Notes: generated by a model from the sequence alone, not told the origin. Shown: positions 1 through 10,255, counted from the first letter of the stretch. The stretch is 64,000 bases of DNA from Candidatus Latescibacterota bacterium (GCA_965116885.1 OZ220741.1:352001-416000), one strand, 5' to 3'. Made by a program: numbers and translations.

Positions 1-40
1 CCTCCCTGTAGAATTGCTACAAAAAAATAGGTGTGTGAAC

Positions 41-994
41 TCAGAAAGTCAATAAAACCGCCAGCCCTGTCGCGAGCAAACAGGTAATAATCACAAAAAC
101 ACACATACGGCGCATATCTCCGGGCTGGCCGCCCTCTGGATCATCCCCATCGCCCAACCAGAGATCTGTAACCTGCGTCCCACCCTGCCAAACAGGACCG
201 ACCAATCGCCTCTGCAAAGCGCCTGCAGCCGCAGCTTCGCTCCAACCGGAATTTGGCCCCGGAACAAGCGCGTGTTGCCGCCACCCGATAAGCAATGCCT
301 TGCGGGCGGAACACCCGGGTATGAAAAACGCCACCAGCACCATACCCAAATACGTCAAACGCGCGGGAATAAAATTGAGCACATCGTCCAGCCGCGCCCC
401 ACACCAGCCAAAATAGCGATATTGCGGCGTCTTAAACCCCACCATAGAATCCATCGTACTGACCACCTTAAAAAACACAACACCCGGCAACCCCAGTATA
501 GCGTACCAAAAAACGGGCGACACAAAACCATCCACAGCATTCTCGCTCAAACTCTCCATACCCGCACGCCGGCAAGCCGCAAAATCCATCACATCGGTAT
601 CGCGTCCCACAAGCATAGATGCAGCCTCGCGCGCGCGCGCCAGATCAGCAGCGCGATCAATCGCCAACCCGTGCTTGCACAAATCTTTGAGCGCAAGCAT
701 AGAGTACAAAATAAAAACCTGAAAAATCCAACCCACCTCAGATTGGACATAATACAACACAAAAACCAATGCACAGACAACCCCCACCCAAAACGCAGAC
801 AACAAAAAAAACAGCAAACACCCCCCCGCATAACCATCCAAACGCAAACCGCGAAGCACCCGCTCAAAAAAAGACAGCGTCGCACCCATCAAACGAATGG
901 GATGCAACGCATAAACAGGATCGCCAAAAAGACCATCCAAAACAACCGCACAAAGGAGCAAAACCGGATCTGGCCTAAGAATTGTTATGTCCAT
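41..994 (-). CDS. cbiB: Adenosylcobinamide-phosphate synthase CbiB/CobD
   Basis: Membrane protein with GDP..HP, VGRD, ESLSEN..DG, TMDSMVG, ARLDD..NFIPARL and PNSGW motifs. ATG at 994 overlaps the cbiZ stop. Last gene of the B12 operon. Confidence 0.93.
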   Translation of the reverse strand: MDITILRPDPVLLLCAVVLDGLFGDPVYALHPIRLMGATLSFFERVLRGLRLDGYAGGCLLFFLLSAFWVGVVCALVFVLYYVQSEVGWIFQVFILYSMLALKDLCKHGLAIDRAADLARAREAASMLVGRDTDVMDFAACRRAGMESLSENAVDGFVSPVFWYAILGLPGVVFFKVVSTMDSMVGFKTPQYRYFGWCGARLDDVLNFIPARLTYLGMVLVAFFIPGCSARKALLIGWRQHALVPGPNSGWSEAAAAGALQRRLVGPVWQGGTQVTDLWLGDGDDPEGGQPGDMRRMCVFVIITCLLATGLAVLLTF

Positions 995-2103
995 TTCAAA
1001 CGCCATCCCAGCGCAAATGCATCGTAAACGACCTCCAAAAATGCGTTTTCATCCACGCGCAACTGCTCGTAACACGACAACCAGACATCTGGTCTCGCCG
1101 CCAGCGAAGTCGCCAATATCGCTGCCTGCTGGCGCAACACCGGATCTGCCATTGCATGTGAAAGCGTCCCATACCGCACCCGATCCCAAACCGCTGCAAA
1201 CCCATACGCCGCCGCCGAAACGCGCGGTTCGTAAACAACAGACTTGAGATTCTTCTTTAACAACGCAAAATCACCCGCTTTGAGCCGTCTCTCCATCGCC
1301 TGCAAAAAACGATCTTCTCTAAACCCAAACCGCTGCAACGCATGAAAAACACTACGCGTATAAGACCCTTCCAAACCATTTTGCCATCGCAATGCCTCCA
1401 GCGTGGCCCTGCGCACAGACTTGCCGATCAACTCGCCCAATTTTGCGTGATGCCCCGCATTGGTCTTGGGCACTCTCGTCTTATCCAGAGGCGCGGCAAT
1501 ACAGTACTGATCAGTCCCCGTACCCGTTGCGAGATCCTGAGAATAGCGACTCGAAACAGCGAGATCGCGAAGCGCGGCAGACTTCCCCTCGGTCATCGTC
1601 ACCACTGCCCGCGCCATAGCCCCTGGCGCAAGCGGCCAATTGATCAACACCATCGCATTGATCGTCCCCTCATGGAGATGGCGCCATCCCGCATCCTCCT
1701 CGTGCCAACTCGCCCCATCGCCCGCACACCCCGCATTGCCCTCAACACCCGCGGTAACAACTGCACACACGCGCAACTCGGCATGCGTATCCACAACGCG
1801 AGCCGCATAATTCATATTCGCAGCCGTACCCATCAGCGCAACCGCATCCGGCGACAAACCGCGTTCTCCGCATACATGGCGATGATAGCCCACCTCGCCG
1901 AGTTGCTTAATCAACGCAAAACGCGCATCGTGCCCATTGCCCTCACAACTCTGGTGATTCACCAGATATCGGACACCCTCACACAAACCACCGCGATATG
2001 CCGACGTACTCATCACCTGATGCGGCACCAGCAATTCCGCGATCAAAAAACGCCCATCGCGCTTCAAATCGTAATATTCATGCCGATCGATAAACTCACC
2101 CAT
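985..2103 (-). CDS. cbiZ: Adenosylcobinamide amidohydrolase CbiZ with C-terminal extension
   Basis: LMGTAANM, VTAGVEGNA, GTIN, TEGKSAAL, ATGTGTD and HAKLGELIG motifs of CbiZ; lies between cobO and cbiB. Confidence 0.9.
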   Translation of the reverse strand: MGEFIDRHEYYDLKRDGRFLIAELLVPHQVMSTSAYRGGLCEGVRYLVNHQSCEGNGHDARFALIKQLGEVGYHRHVCGERGLSPDAVALMGTAANMNYAARVVDTHAELRVCAVVTAGVEGNAGCAGDGASWHEEDAGWRHLHEGTINAMVLINWPLAPGAMARAVVTMTEGKSAALRDLAVSSRYSQDLATGTGTDQYCIAAPLDKTRVPKTNAGHHAKLGELIGKSVRRATLEALRWQNGLEGSYTRSVFHALQRFGFREDRFLQAMERRLKAGDFALLKKNLKSVVYEPRVSAAAYGFAAVWDRVRYGTLSHAMADPVLRQQAAILATSLAARPDVWLSCYEQLRVDENAFLEVVYDAFALGWRLKWT

Positions 2104-2104
2104 C

Positions 2105-2665
2105 TCAAAAATCAATCCCGGGTTGCGCAACAATACCCTGATCACTAAACGGATGCTTAATCTCCCGCATCTCGGTCACCATATCGGCAAAATCAACCAA
2201 CGCATCTGGCGCATCGCGCCCCGTAATAATCACATGCAACATCTCGGGCTTGTGTTCCCGCAGCCAATCCACCACCTCTGTTGCATCCAACCATCCAAAA
2301 GCCATCAAATACGTAAACTCATCCAGAATAAACAGATCGTAATTCCCGCTAACAATCCGCTCCTGCGCCACTTCCCAACCGCGCAATGCCCGAGCCTGTG
2401 TCTCATCGATATCCTTACTCGTCCACGTCCACCCATCACCCGTACCAATCCAATCAATCTCCATGCGCCTGGCCGCGCGAATCTCGCCAAAATTGGCATT
2501 CTCGTGCTTCAAAAACTGAATTACGCCCACGTGCATCTTGCGCCCCCATGCGCGGGTCATCACCCCCAGCGCCGCAGTGGTCTTGCCCTTGCCATCTCCG
2601 GTATTGACCATCACCAGACCCTTTTTCACATGCCGCTTGCGCTCTGTCTCTTTTTTGGCACTCAT
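2105..2665 (-). CDS. cobO: Cob(I)yrinic acid a,c-diamide adenosyltransferase (CobO/BtuR)
   Basis: [12 protein letters not shown]-loop, QFLK, ILDE, ITGR, DMVTEM..IKHPF and GIDF motifs. Confidence 0.95.
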   Translation of the reverse strand: MSAKKETERKRHVKKGLVMVNTGDGKGKTTAALGVMTRAWGRKMHVGVIQFLKHENANFGEIRAARRMEIDWIGTGDGWTWTSKDIDETQARALRGWEVAQERIVSGNYDLFILDEFTYLMAFGWLDATEVVDWLREHKPEMLHVIITGRDAPDALVDFADMVTEMREIKHPFSDQGIVAQPGIDF

Positions 2666-2680
2666 AGCAACCTCTCTTTT

Positions 2681-2718
2681 GGATCGCGGATTACGCGGAT
2701 GAACGGATGAACGCGGAT
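2681..2718. repeat. Short imperfect tandem repeat (cgcggat/gaacggat units)
   Basis: ggatcgcggattacgcggatgaacggatgaacgcggat in the spacer upstream of cobO. Confidence 0.6.
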
Positions 2719-2728
2719 AAAGGTTAAT

Positions 2729-3955
2729 TCATTCCCCTTCAAATTCCGAAACAAAAATCAGAAAATCGGGAAAATCGACCGAACCATTGCCATTCAAATC
2801 GAACATGGTCGCTGATTTCCCAAACGCGGAAGCAAAAGCCAAAAAATCGCTAAAATCAACCACACAATCGCCATTAAAATCAGCCACACTGCCCACAAAT
2901 GCAATACTCGCGGGGGGTAGCCCCGTACTGATCGGACCAGCCACAAGCGCATCCGTCTTCACGTCATAAACCCGCACCCCTGCAGATGCCGGATCCGCAA
3001 AACTCCCTTGATCCAAAACGTACAACCGTCCCCCGAATACCCCCAGACTCGGCACAAATCCCCCAGACAGACCATCCAGAGGTGATGAAACAGACTGCAT
3101 CCCCAAACCGAATCGTTTGACGATATTGGCAAAACTCGCATCTAAAACAACGACATACCCCTCATCATCCGAAACCATCGCCAGAGAACTCAGATTGCCA
3201 CCCAAAGCCATCTCACCAAGAACAACGCCTTCGCTCCTCAAATTTGTCAGATCAATCACCTCAATCCCGCCATCCGTCAAATCATCAAACGTATTGACCG
3301 CACTCAAAAACCACTTACTCCCTCGCTGCACTGCACCCGCGGGATTCTTACCCGCCATCACAATCCCCTGCACACCCGCTGTATTTGCATCCACATCCAC
3401 CACCTGATCCGTCATCACATCGACAACCGCAATCACCGAAACATCCGTCGGCACCCACCCATTATCTCGATCCAGCCGCTGACACGCCGCAAACAAATAA
3501 TTGCCGTACAACGCGAACTGAGATACTTCGGGCAAACCATCTGCATCCGCAAAACCCGATAAATCTACCGCACCCAAGGAATCGCCCGTAACCGGATTGA
3601 CAATCAACACTTGCGTGCGCCCATACCGAGAAATATACGCTTTCTCCTCGCTGACAAAAGCCATATCGTGAGGATTTGAACCATTGCCCGTCGAATACTG
3701 CGTCAACGGCGTCTTCAGATCACTGTGATTCAAAACAAGCACATTATCCTGTCCCAGACGATTGATAATATACACCTTATCCCGATACGTCCTCACCGTC
3801 GCATCCGAGTGAATAGTCAAATGATCATTTGTTGCCGTATTTGTACTCAGATCCAGACTCGAAAAACTACCACTGCTATAATCCGTCGTCGTAATAACTG
3901 CTTGATTCGCCAGTACATCTGTTGCAAAAAACAGAACAACTAAAAACCACCTCAT
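2729..3955 (-). CDS. Secreted YncE/BtuG-like beta-propeller protein with C-terminal dockerin/EF-hand-like module
   Basis: Sec-type signal peptide; propeller blades (NPHDMAFVSEEKAYIS, LYVLD); C-terminal DFNGDCVVDFSDF...DLNGNGSVDFPDF repeats; lies directly after the TonB receptor. Confidence 0.7.
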   Translation of the reverse strand: MRWFLVVLFFATDVLANQAVITTTDYSSGSFSSLDLSTNTATNDHLTIHSDATVRTYRDKVYIINRLGQDNVLVLNHSDLKTPLTQYSTGNGSNPHDMAFVSEEKAYISRYGRTQVLIVNPVTGDSLGAVDLSGFADADGLPEVSQFALYGNYLFAACQRLDRDNGWVPTDVSVIAVVDVMTDQVVDVDANTAGVQGIVMAGKNPAGAVQRGSKWFLSAVNTFDDLTDGGIEVIDLTNLRSEGVVLGEMALGGNLSSLAMVSDDEGYVVVLDASFANIVKRFGLGMQSVSSPLDGLSGGFVPSLGVFGGRLYVLDQGSFADPASAGVRVYDVKTDALVAGPISTGLPPASIAFVGSVADFNGDCVVDFSDFLAFASAFGKSATMFDLNGNGSVDFPDFLIFVSEFEGE

Positions 3956-3981
3956 TACATCCTCCTATATTAAAAATTTAC

Positions 3982-6177
3982 TTAATCTGCATTCACACTC
4001 ACAAAAAACGCGCGGCCCGGCAGCGGATAACCCCAGGTATCGGCTATTTGTGCCCCGGTTAAATTTTTAACCTCCAATCCAATGTGAAACCGCAGCCCCG
4101 TATCCACCTTCACACCCGCATTGTGAACATGCCGCGATAATAACGGGCGTCGATTTGCCTGATCGAGAAAATTGCCATCTTCAAACGCATAGTCGTAAAA
4201 CGCAGTACAGCGTCCCAGACGCATCGTCGCGCGAACAAACAGCGCGTGGGGCGGGCGATTGGGCAATATATTACCAGCCAAATGGGGAATATCAGACACA
4301 TCTCTGGCTCTTTGATACGTATAATTACCCGACAAATTCACCCGAGAACCAAAGCGTCTCTGCGCGGTCATCTCAAACCCATACACACGCGCTTTGCCAA
4401 TATTAACCGGACGCGACGTAGCCTGTGACGTATGCACAAACTGGATCAAATCTTCATAGCGATGGTCAAAAAACGCGCCTTCCAAAGTGGTCGTCCCATC
4501 TGCATAACGCAGACCCGCATCCCAGGTCAAACCATACTCGGGCCTGAGATTGACATTGCCGACCACACCGCCGCGATCGCCAAAAAGCTCGTAAAAAGAA
4601 GGCACTCGAAATATTCGTCCCGCATTGGCCTTAAACATCAGATGAGATGACAGATCCAACCGCACCCCCGAACGCAAACTGGTCAGATCGCGCGTATTGG
4701 CCGAATCGGGCGCGAGCGGCGAAAAATTAAAAGGATTGGCACCCGTAAACGAACTGTATATCCGCCGCTGCTCTGCGCCAAAAGACCAGATCCCAATCTC
4801 GCCTGGCAGCGAAATATCGAGACCTGTGCGCGCGACAAAAACCCACCGCTGACTATCGAACAAATTGGAGGTGGACCGAAGACGCGCCGTCGGCAAATAA
4901 GTCTCCCTGTGCAACCCAATCGCAGCCGCAATATCACAGCGCGAAAACAAAACCGTTTGCACACGACCCTGCCACCCATAAGTGCGCGTACGATAATCGT
5001 TATCCTGGCGACCAATCCCAACTTCGCCATCCAGATCGCGGAACCGCTCTTTGACATGCGTGACATAAAGCGATTGTCGCATATTCATGCCCCGCAACAG
5101 AACGCGATCTTCATAAGCGACCTCCGTCATCGTCTGGAATGCGTCCAGATGTGCATTCTGAGACTGATTATTGCTAATACCGGGCATGCCCTGATATTTC
5201 CAGTACGCGGACTCGTGGATGGATAAAATTCTATCCTCCCCAAAAGCGCGACGCCATTTGCCCAACAGATTGAAAGACCGGTGATCGTTATTCTGACGCC
5301 TGCTCCAAACATCGTCATCGACATTGTATTCCGTGCCATTATCATCGAGAAATCCAAAATCGTTATCGCTATGTGCATAATCGGCCACAACGAGAAACTC
5401 CGACTGACCAAACCCGCCCGCGAACACGCCACTCAACAACCGCGTATCAAAAGCACCCCACGCCCCTCGAATCCCGTGAAACCATCGCCTCTGCGTCCGC
5501 CGCGTACGCACATGCACCGTGCCCCCCAGACCATTGCCGCCGGCACCTGCACCGCGATACACCTCAATCTGCCCGACGTGAGCCAAAGGCAAATTGCTGA
5601 GATCTACCCCCCCGCCAAAAGCTGTATTGAGCAAAATGCCATCGAGATAGACCTCAACCTGATCGGCTGATGAACCCCGCAACGAAAGCGTGCTAAAAGT
5701 ACCCAACCCACCCAAGCGTTTGACATGCACACCCGTAGCTTCAGCCAACACATCGGGCAAAGACATCTCCCGACCCTCAAAACTCTCGCGCGTAATAACA
5801 GTCGCATACGCCGGATTCTTGTGAATATCACTGGCACCTATCGGATCGGCAATCACCGAAAATTCATCGAGAGAAAGCGTCCTATGAGACAGCGCAATAA
5901 ACACCTCAGCCGCCTCGACCACCTGAACCGTGCGTCGCCCTACCTCATAAGCCACATGTGTCATGACGACCGTATAAGAACCGGGCATCAGATCGGCAAA
6001 AGCAAAGTGCCCATCCCCATCCGTCTGCGTCACAAAATCCGTATTGAGAATACTAACACGCACACTTGCGATGGGCATTCGGGTCTCTGCATCGGTAACG
6101 CGACCAACAATCTCCGCTCCCCAAAGCGGCGTATTCGCGCAGAAAATCAAAAAAACTAAAAAACGCATCGTTTTCAT
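3982..6177 (-). CDS. btuB: TonB-dependent cobalamin receptor (BtuB-like) with N-terminal carboxypeptidase-regulatory-like domain
   Basis: Plug motifs (LSLRGS..VEVYLDG, IEVYRG), NLRPE, C-terminal YPLPGR; under a cobalamin riboswitch. Confidence 0.85.
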   Translation of the reverse strand: MKTMRFLVFLIFCANTPLWGAEIVGRVTDAETRMPIASVRVSILNTDFVTQTDGDGHFAFADLMPGSYTVVMTHVAYEVGRRTVQVVEAAEVFIALSHRTLSLDEFSVIADPIGASDIHKNPAYATVITRESFEGREMSLPDVLAEATGVHVKRLGGLGTFSTLSLRGSSADQVEVYLDGILLNTAFGGGVDLSNLPLAHVGQIEVYRGAGAGGNGLGGTVHVRTRRTQRRWFHGIRGAWGAFDTRLLSGVFAGGFGQSEFLVVADYAHSDNDFGFLDDNGTEYNVDDDVWSRRQNNDHRSFNLLGKWRRAFGEDRILSIHESAYWKYQGMPGISNNQSQNAHLDAFQTMTEVAYEDRVLLRGMNMRQSLYVTHVKERFRDLDGEVGIGRQDNDYRTRTYGWQGRVQTVLFSRCDIAAAIGLHRETYLPTARLRSTSNLFDSQRWVFVARTGLDISLPGEIGIWSFGAEQRRIYSSFTGANPFNFSPLAPDSANTRDLTSLRSGVRLDLSSHLMFKANAGRIFRVPSFYELFGDRGGVVGNVNLRPEYGLTWDAGLRYADGTTTLEGAFFDHRYEDLIQFVHTSQATSRPVNIGKARVYGFEMTAQRRFGSRVNLSGNYTYQRARDVSDIPHLAGNILPNRPPHALFVRATMRLGRCTAFYDYAFEDGNFLDQANRRPLLSRHVHNAGVKVDTGLRFHIGLEVKNLTGAQIADTWGYPLPGRAFFVSVNAD

Positions 6178-6180
6178 AAG

Positions 6181-7290
6181 CTATGGATCCAGCTTTCGAT
6201 AGTACTTGAGTTGATGATTTGGCAACAAGTGGGGATATAAAATTTTAATAATATCAGCCAACACAACATCCGGCTCAATCAGCCCTGTCTCCCAATAATC
6301 ATTGCCCCCATGCGCATTCAGACGCGCATTGGCATTGAAAACATTCCCGTTCTCAAACGCCGTGAATCTTTTGTAACGCTCGTCCTCGGCAACAACATCA
6401 TCTCGTGAAAACCACCCATTTTTCATCGTGATCCAGCAATCCGCATCGTGCGCCTTTTCGTAAACCGTCTCAAAATCGAGTGCCAAACTCTGTTGTGACT
6501 CATCATCTGCCCACAGATAATTTGCACCCGCATCCCTGAGCAATTGCGCGGGATAGGTTTTACCTCCAGCCATAAACCAGGTCCCGCGCCAGAGAGACCC
6601 TCCAAAAACCGTAGGACGCTTATCCATTGGCAAATTCTGCGTCAGTGACCTAAACGCCTCATACCTCACAACAATGCTATCAAACTGGGCCGACGCCCGA
6701 TCTTCTTTATTAAAAAAAGCACCCACAAATTTGATCCACTCCACGCGCCCCAGCAAAGAAGATTCCCCATAAGCGGCGTTAACCACAACGGGCACACCAG
6801 CCTCTTGCAACACGACAAGCACATTCTCTTGCGTGTACGTATCTGCAATAACGAGATCGGGTTGAAGCACCAGAACTTTCTCCAAATCTATGGTCCTGTC
6901 CCGTCCAACTTCTGCCAACTTACCCTCTGCAAAGCGTTGATTGACAACCTCTGAATTGACATATTTGATATTATCAATCCCAACCAGACTATGCACCTCA
7001 CCGAGCTTTTCGAGATGCGGCAGATGCGTCGTAGATGTCGTAATCACAGTCCGCACGGGAATCTCTATTCTCGGCACCCCCTCATACCCATCGGGCGACT
7101 CATTCCCGCGCTGCACCAGGATATACTGAACCTCTTCCCGCGTTCCACTTCCGGGCGCAAACACCGTTACAACCCTGTACGAATCGAAATAATCAACGCT
7201 AAAACCCTGTGCGTATTGCAAAGATAATTGCGCCTGAACGGGTATGGCCCAAACCCCGATACAACATATCATCCATATTTTCAGATTCAC
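6181..7290 (-). CDS. Cobalamin/iron-siderophore ABC substrate-binding protein (BtuF-like)
   Basis: YAQGF, IPVRTVITTSTTH, EKVLVLQPD, LGRVEWIKF and DYWE..PDVVLAD motifs; GTG start after GGAGG; first gene below the riboswitch. Confidence 0.85.
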   Translation of the reverse strand: MNLKIWMICCIGVWAIPVQAQLSLQYAQGFSVDYFDSYRVVTVFAPGSGTREEVQYILVQRGNESPDGYEGVPRIEIPVRTVITTSTTHLPHLEKLGEVHSLVGIDNIKYVNSEVVNQRFAEGKLAEVGRDRTIDLEKVLVLQPDLVIADTYTQENVLVVLQEAGVPVVVNAAYGESSLLGRVEWIKFVGAFFNKEDRASAQFDSIVVRYEAFRSLTQNLPMDKRPTVFGGSLWRGTWFMAGGKTYPAQLLRDAGANYLWADDESQQSLALDFETVYEKAHDADCWITMKNGWFSRDDVVAEDERYKRFTAFENGNVFNANARLNAHGGNDYWETGLIEPDVVLADIIKILYPHLLPNHQLKYYRKLDP

Positions 7291-7306
7291 ACACACCTCC
7301 ATTCAC

Positions 7307-7341
7307 AAAAAAATCCCCGACTTCCTTGCGGAAATCAGGGA
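7307..7341 (-). terminator. Intrinsic terminator of the riboswitch expression platform
   Basis: Minus strand TCCCTGATTTCC-GCAA-GGAAGTCGGGGA followed by T7, just upstream of the btuF-like RBS. A second TGATTTCC near 7409-7416 could act as a competing strand. Confidence 0.75.
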
Positions 7342-7427
7342 CATATCGATACGCGACAAAACCACATACAAAGCGCATGCGTTATCTCACCTTTTTCCCA
7401 ATCCACGAGGAAATCAATAAGGTCTTA

Positions 7428-7590
7428 GATTCAGGCAGGTCTTCTGGCTTCTGGGTCTCGTGCTTCTCGCGCCTTCCCGGTTTTTACCAGTGACATAATG
7501 CGAGAAACATCCCCAGTTACAGCGGCGGGACCGCAACGGATTCTCACCGTTTTCCCTATACTGCAACCCGAATCCGAGAGTACAAATTTA
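7428..7590 (-). promoter_or_regulatory. Cobalamin (AdoCbl) riboswitch
   Basis: Minus strand contains AGGGAA..CGGTGAGAATCCG..GCGGTCCCGCCGCTGTAA..GTCACTG..CGGGAAGG..AGCCAGAAGACCTGCC (B12 box), upstream of B12 transport genes. Confidence 0.95.
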
Positions 7591-7598
7591 ATTTTTTA

Positions 7599-7841
7599 CT
7601 ATAATGCAACTTCCTCCACTGAAAGACCGCGATCTTTGAGATACGGTAAAAGACCTTTTTTATTTACCGTTCGCAGTGCGCGGGCTGAGAGTTTGATACG
7701 CACAAAGCGACCCAGTTCGGGAACGTAAATACGCTTGCTCTTCAAATTGGGTTTCTGCACCCGCTTGACTCTTCGTTTGGAGTGGGACACGTGATGACCA
7801 CTCAGCGGTCCCCTACCCGTAATACTACAACGTCTGGCCAT
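7599..7841 (-). CDS. rpmB: 50S ribosomal protein L28 (only one Cys; no zinc ribbon)
   Basis: MARRCSITGRGPLSGHHVSHS..KR..KPNL..SARALRT. Confidence 0.95.
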   Translation of the reverse strand: MARRCSITGRGPLSGHHVSHSKRRVKRVQKPNLKSKRIYVPELGRFVRIKLSARALRTVNKKGLLPYLKDRGLSVEEVAL

Positions 7842-7865
7842 GGGAAAATCCTCTTATATTTATCG

Positions 7866-8030
7866 CTATCTATCTTCCCGATAAAGCACATGCTTCCGCA
7901 GTATGGGATCGAACTTCTTCAATTCCAGACGATCGGGATGATTCTGTCGATTTTTTTCTGTATGGTAATGGTGCGAACTCTCTGTACTTTTCATTTTAAT
8001 GAGAACGCGGCTGCCCTGTCGCTTAGCCAT
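7866..8030 (-). CDS. rpmG: 50S ribosomal protein L33 (Cys-free type)
   Basis: [46 protein letters not shown]. Confidence 0.95.
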   Translation of the reverse strand: MAKRQGSRVLIKMKSTESSHHYHTEKNRQNHPDRLELKKFDPILRKHVLYREDR

Positions 8031-8225
8031 AGCATACCTCCAGTATCTTTTGTTATTAGACCGCCAACACGCGGCGGGGCAAGAAGTTGAAATATACAGT
8101 GTTACCACTATAACATCAAGAAATTTGTATTATTTTTAGTCACAGTCAAAATCCAGTTGGCAAAAACAGATCCTATTCGCTATCATACAGTTTGCGTTCG
8201 CAAACATCCAACCGAGGAGAGAACC

Positions 8226-8576
8226 ATGGCCAAAGAAACGATCTTTAGCAAAATTATTCGACGCGAAATCAACGCAGACATCGTCTATCAAGACGACCTG
8301 GTAACCGCTTTTAGAGACATCAATCCCCAGGCACCCACCCACGTATTGATCGTCCCTAACAAATTGATCCCAACGGTCAACGATGTCGCAAAAGAAGACG
8401 AACCCGCTCTCGGGCGCATGATAACCGTAGCGGCAAAAATCGCAGAAGAAGAGGGCATTTCAGAAAACGGGTATCGCCTCATCATCAACTGCAATCGCGA
8501 CGGAGGCCAGGAAGTATATCACATCCACATGCATCTGATCGGCGGACGACCTCTGGGCAGGATGTTGGCGAGATAG
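8226..8576 (+). CDS. hinT: HIT-family purine nucleoside phosphoramidase
   Basis: [19 protein letters not shown] and [10 protein letters not shown] histidine triad; GAGGAG RBS. Confidence 0.93.
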   Translation: MAKETIFSKIIRREINADIVYQDDLVTAFRDINPQAPTHVLIVPNKLIPTVNDVAKEDEPALGRMITVAAKIAEEEGISENGYRLIINCNRDGGQEVYHIHMHLIGGRPLGRMLAR

Positions 8577-8580
8577 AAGG

Positions 8581-8838
8581 TCATTGATCGGAAGGCGGAG
8601 GAACCGGATCGTACCCACCTTTGGCAAACGGACGACAGCGCAAAATACGTCGTATCACAAGAGAAAGAGCATACGCGAAGGAATGCTGGCGAAAAGCTTC
8701 AAGCGCGTAGTGCGAACACGTGGGATGATAGCGGCATGGACTGGGCGCAATGGCAAAAAAGCGCATCAGGGGCGACAGCACATATTGATAGCCCTTGATA
8801 AGCACACGCGCTATCGTTGCCAACATCCTATCAACCAT
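8581..8838 (-). CDS. yidD: Membrane protein insertion efficiency factor YidD
   Basis: [22 protein letters not shown] and GGYDPVP motifs; start uncertain (8856/8838/8826). Confidence 0.9.
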   Translation of the reverse strand: MVDRMLATIARVLIKGYQYVLSPLMRFFAIAPSPCRYHPTCSHYALEAFRQHSFAYALSLVIRRILRCRPFAKGGYDPVPPPSDQ

Positions 8839-8848
8839 TTTTATAGGA

Positions 8849-8876
8849 TTGACCATTTTACATTTTGAGGTATATT
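8849..8876 (+). promoter_or_regulatory. Putative sigma70 promoter for folE2
   Basis: TTGACC-N16-TATATT about 40 nt upstream of the folE2 ATG. Confidence 0.5.
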
Positions 8877-8915
8877 AGGCGGAACTTTTTTGCAATTTCC
8901 GCCACGGAGAACAGA

Positions 8916-9761
8916 ATGACCCTACCAGACATACAAAACTCACACGACAAACGCGGCATTGAAATCGACCAGGTTGGTGTATCCAATGTGCGCTATCCCT
9001 TGACCTTGCCCCTACGCGATAATGGCGAATTTCACACAGTGGCCAATCTATCCATGACCGTGAGCTTACCCCACCATCAAAAGGGAACCCACATGTCGCG
9101 GTTTATGATTGCACTGAATGAACAACACAAACACTTTACACCTGATAGCGTACACATCGTACTCGAAGAAATGCTCGAATTATTGGAAGCCGAAGAAGCG
9201 TTTCTCAGTATGGCATTTCCCATTTTTTTAACCCGCAAAGCGCCTATCACAGGCATTGAAGGCATGCTGGACTACAACTGTGAATTTAAGGCAATGTTGA
9301 CAAATGAAGGCCTGCAAGACAAGCTAATCGGCGTGCGTGCCAACGTGGCAAGCCTCTGCCCCTGCAGCAAAGAAATCAGCGACTACGGCGCGCACAATCA
9401 ACGTTCCGAAATCACAATGGACGTGCGGCCTTATGAGGATGAATTTATCTGGTTTGAAGATTTGATCGACATCGGTGAATACCATGCCTCGTGTCAACTC
9501 TATCCCATTCTAAAACGAACAGATGAAAAATACGTAACCGAGCGCGCATATAACAACCCCAAATTTGTCGAAGACATCGTGCGGGATGTGGCGACAGACT
9601 TGCTGGCAATGATGGACGAAGAGCGCATCGCGTGGTTTTACGTATCGAGCAACAATTACGAAAGCATCCACAACCACGATGCTTATGCCAAAATTGAGCG
9701 CGGTGTACGCGGACCGCTATTGACACACCGCAAAGAAGCGGAAAACGCGCTGATGGTCTAA
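8916..9761 (+). CDS. folE2: GTP cyclohydrolase IB FolE2
   Basis: PDIQ, VGV, KGTHMSRF, LCPCSKEIS..GAHNQRS, KRTDEK.VTE..Y.NPKFVED and ESIHNHDA motifs. Confidence 0.95.
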   Translation: MTLPDIQNSHDKRGIEIDQVGVSNVRYPLTLPLRDNGEFHTVANLSMTVSLPHHQKGTHMSRFMIALNEQHKHFTPDSVHIVLEEMLELLEAEEAFLSMAFPIFLTRKAPITGIEGMLDYNCEFKAMLTNEGLQDKLIGVRANVASLCPCSKEISDYGAHNQRSEITMDVRPYEDEFIWFEDLIDIGEYHASCQLYPILKRTDEKYVTERAYNNPKFVEDIVRDVATDLLAMMDEERIAWFYVSSNNYESIHNHDAYAKIERGVRGPLLTHRKEAENALMV

Positions 9762-9775
9762 AAAAAATTTTCAAG

Positions 9776-9814
9776 AAAAAAAGGGCCTGTGAGTCTTCCT
9801 CATAGGCCCTTTTT
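9776..9814. terminator. Bidirectional intrinsic terminator
   Basis: A-tract, GGGCCTGTGAG-loop-CTCATAGGCCC, T-tract; between convergent folE2 and sufE. Confidence 0.85.
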
Positions 9815-9827
9815 ATTATTCATCACC

Positions 9828-10247
9828 CTATGCCGCTGTGGCAAGCGCGAGTTCGTGAATGCGCTTGACCATAGAAGCAAAGCCATTGGCGCGGTTGATA
9901 CTGAGGTGTTTGGCGAGATCGAGCTTTTGAAAAATACTGCGAATATCAGCCGTGAGAATTTCCCGAGCGGTCTTGCCCGAATACAGCGACAACAAAATAG
10001 CGACCAGACCCTTGACAATCTGAGCATCGCTATCTGCGCGAAATTCGATCACAGGGGGATCGCCATCTCGAACATCGGTCACGAGCCAAACCTGGCTCAC
10101 ACATCCCTGCACCAGATTATCATCAACTTTGTATTCCTCATCAAAAGGCGGCAACTTGCGACCGAGTTCAATAATATACCGGTAGCGATCTTCCCAATCC
10201 GTGAGAACATCAAAATTTTGCATAATGCGATCAATCGTAATATCCAT
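9828..10247 (-). CDS. sufE: SufE-family cysteine desulfuration protein
   Basis: DWEDRYRYIIELG, VQGCVSQVW, ADSDAQIVKGL and HLS.NRANG motifs. Confidence 0.92.
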   Translation of the reverse strand: MDITIDRIMQNFDVLTDWEDRYRYIIELGRKLPPFDEEYKVDDNLVQGCVSQVWLVTDVRDGDPPVIEFRADSDAQIVKGLVAILLSLYSGKTAREILTADIRSIFQKLDLAKHLSINRANGFASMVKRIHELALATAA

Positions 10248-10255
10248 AAAAACTC

